A stretch of DNA of 64,000 nt from Candidatus Hermodarchaeota archaeon (GTDB lineage: Archaea > Asgardarchaeota > Lokiarchaeia > Sigyniarchaeales > SOKP01). Made by a program: the position numbers and the translations under genes. This document shows, in pieces, positions 30,087 to 39,136 of the stretch. The notes beneath the pieces were generated by a model. The model searched no databases, was not told the origin of the DNA, and saw nothing but the letters and a program-made list of their open reading frames with translations. Position 1 is the stretch's first letter. The number at the start of each line of letters is the position of its first letter. The DNA is taken from positions 6,403-70,402 of the forward strand of contig JBHLLO010000008.1 in the NCBI GenBank assembly GCA_048885535.1, written 5' to 3'.

Positions 30087-31769
30087 ATGAAAGCGTTAAT
30101 TACGGCTAGGATCTCTGAAAAAGTATTAAAAGAATTAAAGAGCTTTCTGGAAATTACCTATGAAAGTTGGAGAGATACAGGAATCATATATCTTGATGCT
30201 AAGGAATTGGTAGAAAAATTGAAAGGATATGATATTTTTATAACAGCTGCAGATGATCTAAAAAATCCAGAAATATTTGATCAGACAAACCTCAAATTAA
30301 TAATCTCTTGTCGAGGGGATCCATTTAATATTAATTTAGAAGCCGCAGCAAGAAACAAAATTCCTATTCTTTTCACTCCATTTAGAAATATTGACGCTGT
30401 AGCTGAACTTACAGTTGGTTTAATGATATTATTGGCTCGAAAGTTGACACAATTAGACAGATATCTCCACTCTAAAGATTTTGAAGTTGTAGATTTCGAA
30501 GATTGGATTCGTCTTTATAATCAATTTATGGGCACAGAATTATTAGATAAAACAGTCGGTATTATTGGGTTTGGTCAAATTGGTCGTAAAGTAACAGAAA
30601 GATTGAAATCATTTGGTGTTAAATTTCTAATTTATGACCCTTACTTGTCAGATGAAATGTTGAAACCCTATGGTAAAGCAGTTAGCATAGACGAATTGAT
30701 GAGGGAATCTGATTTTATATCCATTCATGCATCTGCTACAGATGAAAATGATAACTTAATAAATAAAGAACGAATTGAATTGATGAAAAATACTGCTTAT
30801 CTGCTTAACCTAGCTAAAGGAAGTCTTGTTGATTATAATGCTTTACTTGATGCGTTGAAAAGTAAAAGAATTGCAGGTGCTGCTCTGGATGTATTTCCTT
30901 TGGAACCAATTGATGAAGATAATCCATTTTTGGAACTGGATAATGTGATTGTTACTCCTCATATTGGAGGGAATAGTGAAGAAGTCATAAAACGTCAGTC
31001 ATTAATGCTACTAAAGGATATAAAAGCTTGGTTTAATCATGAAAAACCAAGCAATATACTAAATCCCGAAGTTTTTAATGATTATAAAACTCAAGAAAAA
31101 CTTGATACTTCAAATATAAAAAAAATAAAAATAGAAATTGTAGAAACCTGTAAAAAACTATTAGATGATGGCCATGTTATAGGTTCCGCTGGAAATGTGA
31201 GTGTAAGAGTGAAATTCAATGATAAAGAACTAGTTTTAATTACTCCAAGTAATGTGAGATATGATAAAATGAAACCGGAGGATATATTAGTTATAAATAT
31301 GGAAGGTAAAGTAATAGAAGGAGAGAGAAATCCTTCAGTTGAGAAGAAAATGCATATAGGTATCTATAATGAAAGAAATGATATTCATGCAATAATTCAT
31401 GCCCACAGTATTTATTCTACCGTACTTAGTTCTTTAAATCTCTCATTACCCCCTGTAATTGAAGAACTAGTACCATACATAGGTGGAGAGGTTTTATGTG
31501 CGAAATATGAAGAGGCTGGCACATCAGATTTAGCAGCAGCAGTTATTGAAGCTTTAGGCGAAAATTTTGCAGTATTACTTTCAAATCATGGCAACATTTG
31601 TTGTGGAAGTCATCTGGAAGGTGCTTACACAGTTTTACAATATTTAGAGAGAGGATCAAAAATTTATTATCATGCGAAACTGATAAAAGATCCAAATTTA
31701 TTACCTGAAGATACAGTTGATTATGAGAAGGAAATATTTGAAATATTTAAAGACTCGAAAAAAATTTAA
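30087..31769 (+). CDS. fusion protein: D-isomer-specific 2-hydroxyacid dehydrogenase + class II aldolase/adducin domain
   Basis: The N-terminal about 330 aa has the Rossmann motif VGIIGFGQIGRKV and the catalytic region VTPHIGG. The C-terminal about 215 aa has GSAGNVSVR, PSVEKKMH and HAIIHAHS class II aldolase motifs. Confidence 0.8.
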   Translation: MKALITARISEKVLKELKSFLEITYESWRDTGIIYLDAKELVEKLKGYDIFITAADDLKNPEIFDQTNLKLIISCRGDPFNINLEAAARNKIPILFTPFRNIDAVAELTVGLMILLARKLTQLDRYLHSKDFEVVDFEDWIRLYNQFMGTELLDKTVGIIGFGQIGRKVTERLKSFGVKFLIYDPYLSDEMLKPYGKAVSIDELMRESDFISIHASATDENDNLINKERIELMKNTAYLLNLAKGSLVDYNALLDALKSKRIAGAALDVFPLEPIDEDNPFLELDNVIVTPHIGGNSEEVIKRQSLMLLKDIKAWFNHEKPSNILNPEVFNDYKTQEKLDTSNIKKIKIEIVETCKKLLDDGHVIGSAGNVSVRVKFNDKELVLITPSNVRYDKMKPEDILVINMEGKVIEGERNPSVEKKMHIGIYNERNDIHAIIHAHSIYSTVLSSLNLSLPPVIEELVPYIGGEVLCAKYEEAGTSDLAAAVIEALGENFAVLLSNHGNICCGSHLEGAYTVLQYLERGSKIYYHAKLIKDPNLLPEDTVDYEKEIFEIFKDSKKI

Positions 31770-32075
31770 GCAAATTACTCTTTCAAATCCTTTATTGAAC
31801 ATTTATAATTTATATTGATCTCGATATTTAGTAACTTTTTCAAAAATGGTTATTAAATTTATTAAGTTTTGTCGCATAAATTAAACTAAATATTATAAAA
31901 TTTTGTTTATAATTAAGCTAGAGGGAATCTAAACACTGCAATAAAAATCGATGGCAGAGTTTTATTACTAAAAATCAAAGTAGGTGATAATATTTCACAA
32001 TTAAGTGGTGTTATCGTTCCATCCATAACATTCTACAATAAAAATTACGAAATAAATACTGAATTACATTCTTTA

Positions 32076-34034
32076 TTGAACCGTCATCTTCTTGTTAATG
32101 GAGCAGAATCACTTTACTTATTTGGAGTTGCTGGTGAAGGAATAATTTTCTCCAATAATCAAAATGAAAAAGCCAAGCTTATTCAATTAACTAAAGTAAT
32201 CACTAAGAAGAAAACTCCCCTTATTGTGGGAGTTCTGGGAAATGAATGGGAAGAAATTGCGGAGGAACTCAATAATTTAGGCAAAAAGTTTAATGAAGTT
32301 GGTTTTGTATTGGCTCCACCATTTAATGAAAAAATCAGCAATTTATATTCATATTTCACACAAATCTTTGAATCCGTAAATATTAAAAATCCTATTTTCC
32401 TATGTAATAATCCTTCAGAATTTGGAGAAAATGAATTCACCCCAGAAATAGTTAAAAATTTAATAGATAATGCATACATCTCTGGAATTATTGATTCATT
32501 TGAAAACATAAATTATTGTAGATCATATATTCAAATGATAAATGAAAATTTTTCTTTTTGTTGTGGAAAGGAGGAAAATTTTCAAAAGTTTCTTCAATTC
32601 ATACCTTTAAATTTACGAAAATACTGCGGGATAGTGCCAAGTATTAGTAATTTAGTAAATATTAGTTCAAAATTATATTATTGTGCACTTGAAGACAAAA
32701 TATTAGAGTTACACCAGTTACAAGACCAATTAAATGATATTAGAAATAAAATATATGATTTTAAAATAGAAAAAGGTAAAATACAAAGAGGCTTGAAATA
32801 TTCATTTCTATATTTATATCGAGATATTATTCAAAATTATATCGAAGTTTATGATGAAACGACTCCTGAATTCCAAAGAGAATTAGATGAAATAACTAAA
32901 GAAAGGATTCAAGCAACAGTTAATTCTTTACTGAACCAAAAAGTTATTTATCAATTATATTCTCTCACTAAGGAGGAAATTTATCAGTTAGATGATATTA
33001 TAAAAACCTTTTCCCGTATAGATGTTTTAAGTAAACAAGGTAAAATTAAAAAAATTATTGGTCTATTTAAAGCAAAAATAAATACTATATATCGTGTTAA
33101 TTTTGAAAATAGTCAATTGATTTTTAGATTTCGAACTTTTAAAGCATTCGAAAGTGAAAATCTCATAAAAGAAAAATTATTATTTCCCATTTTAGATAAG
33201 TCTATAAAACCAGATTTGGTAAATTTCAGAGAAAAGATTAAAGAAGTAATCTCTACTAAGAAAGGAGAATACCTTTTTAATATTGATAATCCACCTGCAG
33301 TACCCGTGGCAAATTTAATTTATTATGATGAGACTAAAGAAGTTATTCCTTATTTATTTTCAGTTCAGAATTATCTACATGGAAAATCTTTAAAAAGTTT
33401 GTATGAAAAATATATAGGAGAGAATTTTAGTTTTAATAAGTCAAAATTCCTTAACTTATTTAGCGATGTAGGAGATGTCTTAGGAAAGTTACACAGCATA
33501 AAATTTGGATTATTTTATAAAGATCTTTATGAATTAGGAGAACAAGGAAAAAATAATTGTATAGAATTCTTCACACTAGAATTAGATTCTCAAATCCAAG
33601 AGGCAAAAAAATTCAACTTTCCTTTAGAAATGCAAACTATGAAATATATAAAGGAAAATATTATTTTATTAGAAGAAGATCAACCGATTTTAACTCACAA
33701 TGATTTCCAATGGACGAATATCATTGTCAAGGATGAACCAGCAAAATTCCAATTAAGTGGAATAATTGATTTTGATAATTGGGGTGTTGGGGTAAGAGCC
33801 CAAGATTTTATACTAATGGAGAATATTAGTCTGAAAGCAATAAATAATAATGAAATAAAACAAAAGTTTTATGAAGGATATCAAAAATACTACAAAATAG
33901 ATAATGATTTTAACAAGAAAATTGATTTATTTTCTTTGTTATATTATTTGAGGGAATATAATAATACAACGCAAGAGCAATTGAACAGAAATTTAATTTT
34001 GGAGAAAATTCAACAAATTCTTGATAACAATTAA
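32076..34034 (+). CDS. fusion protein: DapA/NAL-family (class I aldolase-like) domain + aminoglycoside/choline-kinase-type phosphotransferase domain; true start upstream of 32076
   Basis: The N-terminal part is DHDPS-family-like (…GVIVPSITF… is encoded in frame upstream of the TTG; FGVAGEG). The C-terminal part has HNDFQWTN and IIDFD kinase motifs. The frame is open from 31917 with no in-frame ATG/GTG/TTG before 32076. Confidence 0.65.
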   Translation: MNRHLLVNGAESLYLFGVAGEGIIFSNNQNEKAKLIQLTKVITKKKTPLIVGVLGNEWEEIAEELNNLGKKFNEVGFVLAPPFNEKISNLYSYFTQIFESVNIKNPIFLCNNPSEFGENEFTPEIVKNLIDNAYISGIIDSFENINYCRSYIQMINENFSFCCGKEENFQKFLQFIPLNLRKYCGIVPSISNLVNISSKLYYCALEDKILELHQLQDQLNDIRNKIYDFKIEKGKIQRGLKYSFLYLYRDIIQNYIEVYDETTPEFQRELDEITKERIQATVNSLLNQKVIYQLYSLTKEEIYQLDDIIKTFSRIDVLSKQGKIKKIIGLFKAKINTIYRVNFENSQLIFRFRTFKAFESENLIKEKLLFPILDKSIKPDLVNFREKIKEVISTKKGEYLFNIDNPPAVPVANLIYYDETKEVIPYLFSVQNYLHGKSLKSLYEKYIGENFSFNKSKFLNLFSDVGDVLGKLHSIKFGLFYKDLYELGEQGKNNCIEFFTLELDSQIQEAKKFNFPLEMQTMKYIKENIILLEEDQPILTHNDFQWTNIIVKDEPAKFQLSGIIDFDNWGVGVRAQDFILMENISLKAINNNEIKQKFYEGYQKYYKIDNDFNKKIDLFSLLYYLREYNNTTQEQLNRNLILEKIQQILDNN

Positions 34035-34055
34035 GAAATTTTCGTAGAAAAGCTA

Positions 34056-34469
34056 TTACCAAAACGCATTCTGAAACTTTTTAATCGTCTCTTCCAAACT
34101 ATCTTCAATTTCTTTTTCAAAATTAGAAAAAATTGAGTTGTCTCCATCCCAACTGTTAAGGATTTCATTAGAATAAAGCTGAAAAAACTTCTCCACAATC
34201 TTATTCAACTCTTCAATAACTTTCTTCTCATGAACCTTTGTTGGTGATTTGGCAATAAATAGTAAACCCTTTTTCTTAAATAGAGTAAATTTCTGGTTTT
34301 GAACTTCGAAATTTGACAAACCCTCATCAACAATCTCTTCAGCAAAAGAACTCAATGCGCTCATTAAGGCCCCTAAAAGTTGTTCATCAATTTTTTCATC
34401 GTAAATTCGGTGGTATAAGACAAGTCCTCCTTCTGATAAAATCCAGATATCTTGTAATACTTTAACCAT
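34056..34469 (-). CDS. small longin-like (beta-beta-alpha-beta-beta-beta-alpha) regulatory-fold protein
   Basis: The residue pattern IWILSEGGLVLYHR / LLGALMSALSSFAEEI / FEVQNQKFTLFKKKGLLFIAKS / long C-terminal helix suggests a longin/roadblock-superfamily fold. I recognise no specific motif. Confidence 0.3.
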   Translation of the reverse strand: MVKVLQDIWILSEGGLVLYHRIYDEKIDEQLLGALMSALSSFAEEIVDEGLSNFEVQNQKFTLFKKKGLLFIAKSPTKVHEKKVIEELNKIVEKFFQLYSNEILNSWDGDNSIFSNFEKEIEDSLEETIKKFQNAFW

Positions 34470-34537
34470 ATCACTTATCAGATCTAATAATCCTTTTAAT
34501 TTTGATATAAATATAAAAAAAAAATTATATTTAATAT

Positions 34538-35290
34538 TTATTTACTTTTAGGGCGAATGTATCCAAAATATGCTCCAATAATTCCACAAATTACAAATAT
34601 CCATCCTAAATAGTAGAAAACAGAAAATGAGAATTGATCGCCACCTATTAAGATCAGTAATCTATCAAATAAAAAATTCAAGGGTACTAAGATAAAGAAG
34701 ATCGACATTAAGGCCAAAGCTAAAAATGCATTCTTGAAAATCTTGTCCTCTGTAGATTTGTAGGATTGATAAGATCTCAATAGAAATGGAAAGTATATTA
34801 CTGCCATGAATATGAAAACAAAAAGAAATGCAATAGCATCTAATAGAGTATTTCCCCTCTGATAGATTATAAAGGAATACCCTGCTGTTATTCCTGCTAA
34901 GATTATCACAATATATTTTTGTATTCTATTATATCCTTTTCCAAATACATTTACTTTAAGGATGTATGATAGTAGGATTGCGATCGTAAGAAACACAAAA
35001 CTAATCCTAAAATCTATAATTCTCAATAGTATCCAAGATTCTAATGTCCCAGGGTCAGGAGTTAATTCATTATAAATATACTCTAAATTAGAATATAAAA
35101 CTAATATTTTTGAAAGCCATGAGAATATTATAGCAATAACATAATTTAAGAAGATTAAAAAAAGATATAGTGTTAAACGATGCCTTTTTTGGTAATATTT
35201 TATTAATATTAAAATTAATAAGAAAATTGCTATAACAATTATAACCGATTCAAAAACCATTCCTATGAACTGTTTGTCAAGAAAGATCAT
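34538..35290 (-). CDS. seven-TM membrane protein, unknown function
   Basis: Seven hydrophobic segments by eye. It lies directly upstream of, and co-oriented with, the longin-like gene. Confidence 0.55.
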   Translation of the reverse strand: MIFLDKQFIGMVFESVIIVIAIFLLILILIKYYQKRHRLTLYLFLIFLNYVIAIIFSWLSKILVLYSNLEYIYNELTPDPGTLESWILLRIIDFRISFVFLTIAILLSYILKVNVFGKGYNRIQKYIVIILAGITAGYSFIIYQRGNTLLDAIAFLFVFIFMAVIYFPFLLRSYQSYKSTEDKIFKNAFLALALMSIFFILVPLNFLFDRLLILIGGDQFSFSVFYYLGWIFVICGIIGAYFGYIRPKSK

Positions 35291-35403
35291 AAAATGATGA
35301 TTAAAATTAGGATATTTATATTTTAAGTTTTGAAAGATTATTTAAAGTTGAAACATTGAAAAATTATATCATTAATAATAAATATTGATAAATAACAAGG
35401 ATT

Positions 35404-36327
35404 ATGGCTGACTTTAATGAAGAATTGAATCTAGCTACTTATCTTGTGAATGTTGCTACTTTGATTACAGATTGGTTCAGAAATGAAGGTTTTGAATCAT
35501 TTCAAAAAGATGATAACACTCCAGTAACTTTGGCTGATTATGCTTCTCAACTCTTTATTATAAATGAGTTAAAAGAAAAATTTCCAAAAGATCAAATCAT
35601 TGCTGAAGAAAAGTTTAATACTTATCTTAATAAAAACACTCAAGATGCAATTAGGAAATGCTATGAATCATTAGGCTTAGATTTTATTGAAGATGTAAAA
35701 GAAATCTTAAATTATAGAGGTTCTTTATCTTCAAGACAGTGGACAATCGATCCCATTGACGGAACTAAAGGCTTTCAAGAAAATCTAACTTATGCAGTCG
35801 GAATAGGCTTTATGCTCAAATCAGAACTATGTGCAGCGGTTATAGGGGTTCCAAGTTACAGTAAGTCTGGGAAAGCGATTTTTATTGCTGAGAAAGATCA
35901 AGGAACAAAAGCATCATATGGAAATGGAAATTTCGTATCTGTGTGTGTAAGTAAAGAAGAAAACATTGAATCTGCTAGAATGTGTCGCTCCTTACATTAT
36001 GATAAACCATGGGTTGATGATTTTGCTTATTTAGCTAAAATAAAAAGATTCTTTCAAATTGATAGCATGGCTAAATTTTGTATGGTTGCTGATGGTACAG
36101 CTGATTTGTACATCAAACCTTTAGATAAAAATAGATCATATTCATGGGATTTTTTACCAGGTACATTAATAGTCGAGGAAGCGGGGGGAATTGTATCTGA
36201 TTTAAAAGGTAAGAATGTAATATTTAAAAATGAAAAATGTTTAGCAAATAATCCCGGACTTATAGCTTCTAATGGGATATTACATGAAGAAATATTAATC
36301 CTTCTTAGAGAGATCAATTTTTATTAA
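35404..36327 (+). CDS. 3'(2'),5'-bisphosphate nucleotidase / inositol monophosphatase family (HAL2/SAL1-like)
   Basis: Motifs VTLADYASQ, WTIDPIDGTKGF and WDFLPG. Confidence 0.8.
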   Translation: MADFNEELNLATYLVNVATLITDWFRNEGFESFQKDDNTPVTLADYASQLFIINELKEKFPKDQIIAEEKFNTYLNKNTQDAIRKCYESLGLDFIEDVKEILNYRGSLSSRQWTIDPIDGTKGFQENLTYAVGIGFMLKSELCAAVIGVPSYSKSGKAIFIAEKDQGTKASYGNGNFVSVCVSKEENIESARMCRSLHYDKPWVDDFAYLAKIKRFFQIDSMAKFCMVADGTADLYIKPLDKNRSYSWDFLPGTLIVEEAGGIVSDLKGKNVIFKNEKCLANNPGLIASNGILHEEILILLREINFY

Positions 36328-36338
36328 ATCTTCCAAAC

Positions 36339-37421
36339 CTAAGTATAGTTAAATAAATTTACCTGTTTACCATTAGGGTTCTTTATTAAATTGGATAATT
36401 TAATCCCAACTAATCTAACTTTTTTATTCTTCTTAATAAATTCATTTAATAATTCAATAATGATTTTCAAAACAAAATTTTCGTTTCTTATAGGATAAGA
36501 AAAAGATTTTGAACGGGTAAACGTTAAAAACCCCTCTAATCGTATTTTCAATGTCATTGTTCTATAGAAAATGTTATCTTTATCTAACGATTTATGAATT
36601 TTACTATTAATTTCATCTAATTTGGAAAGGATTAATTTAAAATCATTAGTATCCTCTAAAAAGGTCCTTTCTTTACTAATTGATTTACGGTCTTCATAAA
36701 ATTCTTTTACTTCCCGATTATCAAGACCATGCACAATTTTCCAAATCCATTCTCCATACTTTCCAAATTTTTTTTTCATTGTAATTTGAGGTGTTTTTAT
36801 AATATCCCCAATAGAATAGATACCTTTTTTATTGTAATAGATTTTATTTTTTTTTCCTATTCCTGGAATACGAGTAATATCTAAATCCTTTAAAAAAGAT
36901 AAAATATTATATGGCTCAATAACGGTAACTCCATTTGGTTTTTTAAAATCTGAGGCTATTTTAGCAATAGATTTTGTTGGAGCAATACCTATAGACAGAG
37001 TAATTCCAACTTTATCCATTATCTCTTTCTTCAATTTTTCTGCATATTCTCCAGCTTCAACATAGTCATTACATATGGTACTAATATCTAAGTATGCCTC
37101 ATCAATTCCAACTTGTTGAAAAACTGGAGAATATTGTTTAATAAGCTCCATTACATCTTCAGAAACTTTACTATATTTATTTTTACTTGGATATATATAT
37201 ATTCCATGAGGACATAATTGATATGCTTTTGAAATTGGCATTGCTGAATGTAAGCCATATTTTCTTGCCTCATAATTACAAGTACTAACTACACCTCTAC
37301 CCTTTCCACCTTTAGGATCAGCCCCTATAATAACTGGCTTTCCCTTTAAATTTGGATTTTCTTGTTCTTCAACAGCAGCAAAAAAGCAATCTAGGTCACA
37401 ATGTAGTATAATTCGACTCAT
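36339..37421 (-). CDS. dinB: Y-family DNA polymerase IV (Dpo4/DinB)
   Basis: ILHCDLDCFFAAVE, VSTCNYEARKYG and SIDEAYLD motifs. ATG 37421 is preferred over the upstream ORF-track start. Confidence 0.9.
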   Translation of the reverse strand: MSRIILHCDLDCFFAAVEEQENPNLKGKPVIIGADPKGGKGRGVVSTCNYEARKYGLHSAMPISKAYQLCPHGIYIYPSKNKYSKVSEDVMELIKQYSPVFQQVGIDEAYLDISTICNDYVEAGEYAEKLKKEIMDKVGITLSIGIAPTKSIAKIASDFKKPNGVTVIEPYNILSFLKDLDITRIPGIGKKNKIYYNKKGIYSIGDIIKTPQITMKKKFGKYGEWIWKIVHGLDNREVKEFYEDRKSISKERTFLEDTNDFKLILSKLDEINSKIHKSLDKDNIFYRTMTLKIRLEGFLTFTRSKSFSYPIRNENFVLKIIIELLNEFIKKNKKVRLVGIKLSNLIKNPNGKQVNLFNYT

Positions 37422-37573
37422 TTTAATAAAAAAACCTAGGGTTAATATCAAATATGGTCTTAATATTTTTGTTATTTACAATCAATATAAAAAAAAAGAC
37501 TTCTAGAGTTTTTAATAATTAATCTGAAATAATAACCGAGTATCTTTTTAATTAATTTTTAATTCATTAATAT

Positions 37574-38251
37574 ATGTCAAAAGAAAAAGAACCTTTTTAC
37601 CGAACTGAAGTTCTTTGGGGTGCTAAAGCAATATATGAAAGAAATTTAGTAGATTTTGGAGAAGGTAATGTGAGCGTGAGAAATGCTAAGGAGGAAGAAT
37701 TGTTTATCACGCCCTCCTTTAATAATTATGAAACGTTAATAGACGATCAAATTGTACATGTGAATTTTGATGGGACTGCTATGAGTAAAGGGAAATTACC
37801 TTCAACCGAAGTAAAAATGCATATAATGATTTATCAATCTCGACCTAAAGTTCATGCCATAATTCACACTCATTCTCCATACGCAACAATGCTCTCAGTA
37901 AATCAAATGAGTATTCCTACAATAATGGAAGAACAAATCGTGTTTTTAGGTGGTTCAATTGATGTATCTCCATTTGGAGAAGCCCATACAGAAGAAATTG
38001 GCCAGAGCGCCCTTAAGGCATTAGGTAAAAAAAATGCGGCTCTATTGGCTAACCACGGGGTAATCGTTTGCGGAAAATCAATTGAACATGCTGTAAAGTT
38101 TGCCGAATTGGTTGAAAAATTAGCAAAGATTTACTGGGGTTCTTTACAAATAGGGAAACCTAATATAATCTCTGAAAACCATAGTGTAAAATTTAATAAG
38201 TTGTTTGAAAGTTTATTTGCTAGTTATTCACGTATCAAACGAAAAAAGTGA
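37574..38251 (+). CDS. class II aldolase/adducin-family protein (fuculose-P aldolase / ribulose-5-P 4-epimerase-like)
   Basis: GEGNVSVR, PSTEVKMH and HAIIHTHSPYAT metal-ligand motifs. Confidence 0.85.
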   Translation: MSKEKEPFYRTEVLWGAKAIYERNLVDFGEGNVSVRNAKEEELFITPSFNNYETLIDDQIVHVNFDGTAMSKGKLPSTEVKMHIMIYQSRPKVHAIIHTHSPYATMLSVNQMSIPTIMEEQIVFLGGSIDVSPFGEAHTEEIGQSALKALGKKNAALLANHGVIVCGKSIEHAVKFAELVEKLAKIYWGSLQIGKPNIISENHSVKFNKLFESLFASYSRIKRKK

Positions 38252-38264
38252 AAAAAACATTATC

Positions 38265-39086
38265 ATGGAATTAGGGATAAGCAGTTTAGGATTTATAATC
38301 GAAATGGGGTTATCAAAAGGATATCAAAATGTTTTTGATTTATTATATCGCTCTACTGAAGCATGTTTGACTATTGCTGAGGAGAAGGATTTAAATCTTG
38401 TAGAATTAGTAATAGACCCTCCAGATATTGAAAATGATGAAAAAAGAGCGTTATTTATTGATTTAGTTAATTCCTATTCTATTAGAAAACAAGTCCATGG
38501 GCCGTTTGTAGATGTAAACCTCTGTTCCTATAATTCTGGGATCTCAAAAGCTTCAGTCGATATATATAAGGATACAGCTAAATTATGTGAGGAAATAAGT
38601 GTAAAGATAATGACAATTCATCCCGGTTTAGCTAATTTTTTGATAAAAGATTACAATAAGCAACAATTAAAACATGCTATTGATCAATTACTTAATTTTA
38701 TATCAAAATATAATCTGATAATTTGCTTAGAAAATATGACTCAAAAAGCAGGAATTATGTTAGATGAATATAATATAGAAGAGATTTTTTCGTTTATCAA
38801 TAATGAGTCTCTCTTTTTAACATATGACACCAGTCATTTTTATACTACCAATGGTGATATTGAACGTTTATGGGATAAATTTCACAATAAAATTAAAAAT
38901 GTGCATTTAGTTGACAATTTTACAACAGAATCAGATACTCATCCTGTATTAGGAACAGGAAAAATCAATTTTAAATTATTATTTAATATAATGAAAAAGT
39001 ATTATTATAAAGGTCCTTTGATTATAGAATTATCTTCTGGGAAAGATTTAGATAAGAGTTTAAATTTTATCAATAGATTTCTTTAA
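38265..39086 (+). CDS. sugar phosphate isomerase/epimerase (xylose-isomerase-like TIM barrel)
   Basis: Pattern of ...HGPF..., ...MTIHPG..., ...LEN..., ...DTSHF..., ...HLVDN... characteristic of the AP-endonuclease-2/XI-like TIM-barrel family. Confidence 0.7.
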   Translation: MELGISSLGFIIEMGLSKGYQNVFDLLYRSTEACLTIAEEKDLNLVELVIDPPDIENDEKRALFIDLVNSYSIRKQVHGPFVDVNLCSYNSGISKASVDIYKDTAKLCEEISVKIMTIHPGLANFLIKDYNKQQLKHAIDQLLNFISKYNLIICLENMTQKAGIMLDEYNIEEIFSFINNESLFLTYDTSHFYTTNGDIERLWDKFHNKIKNVHLVDNFTTESDTHPVLGTGKINFKLLFNIMKKYYYKGPLIIELSSGKDLDKSLNFINRFL

Positions 39087-39136
39087 ATTATTTAATGGGA
39101 TCTTATAGTTAAAGTTATAATTGAGTTGAAATTAAT

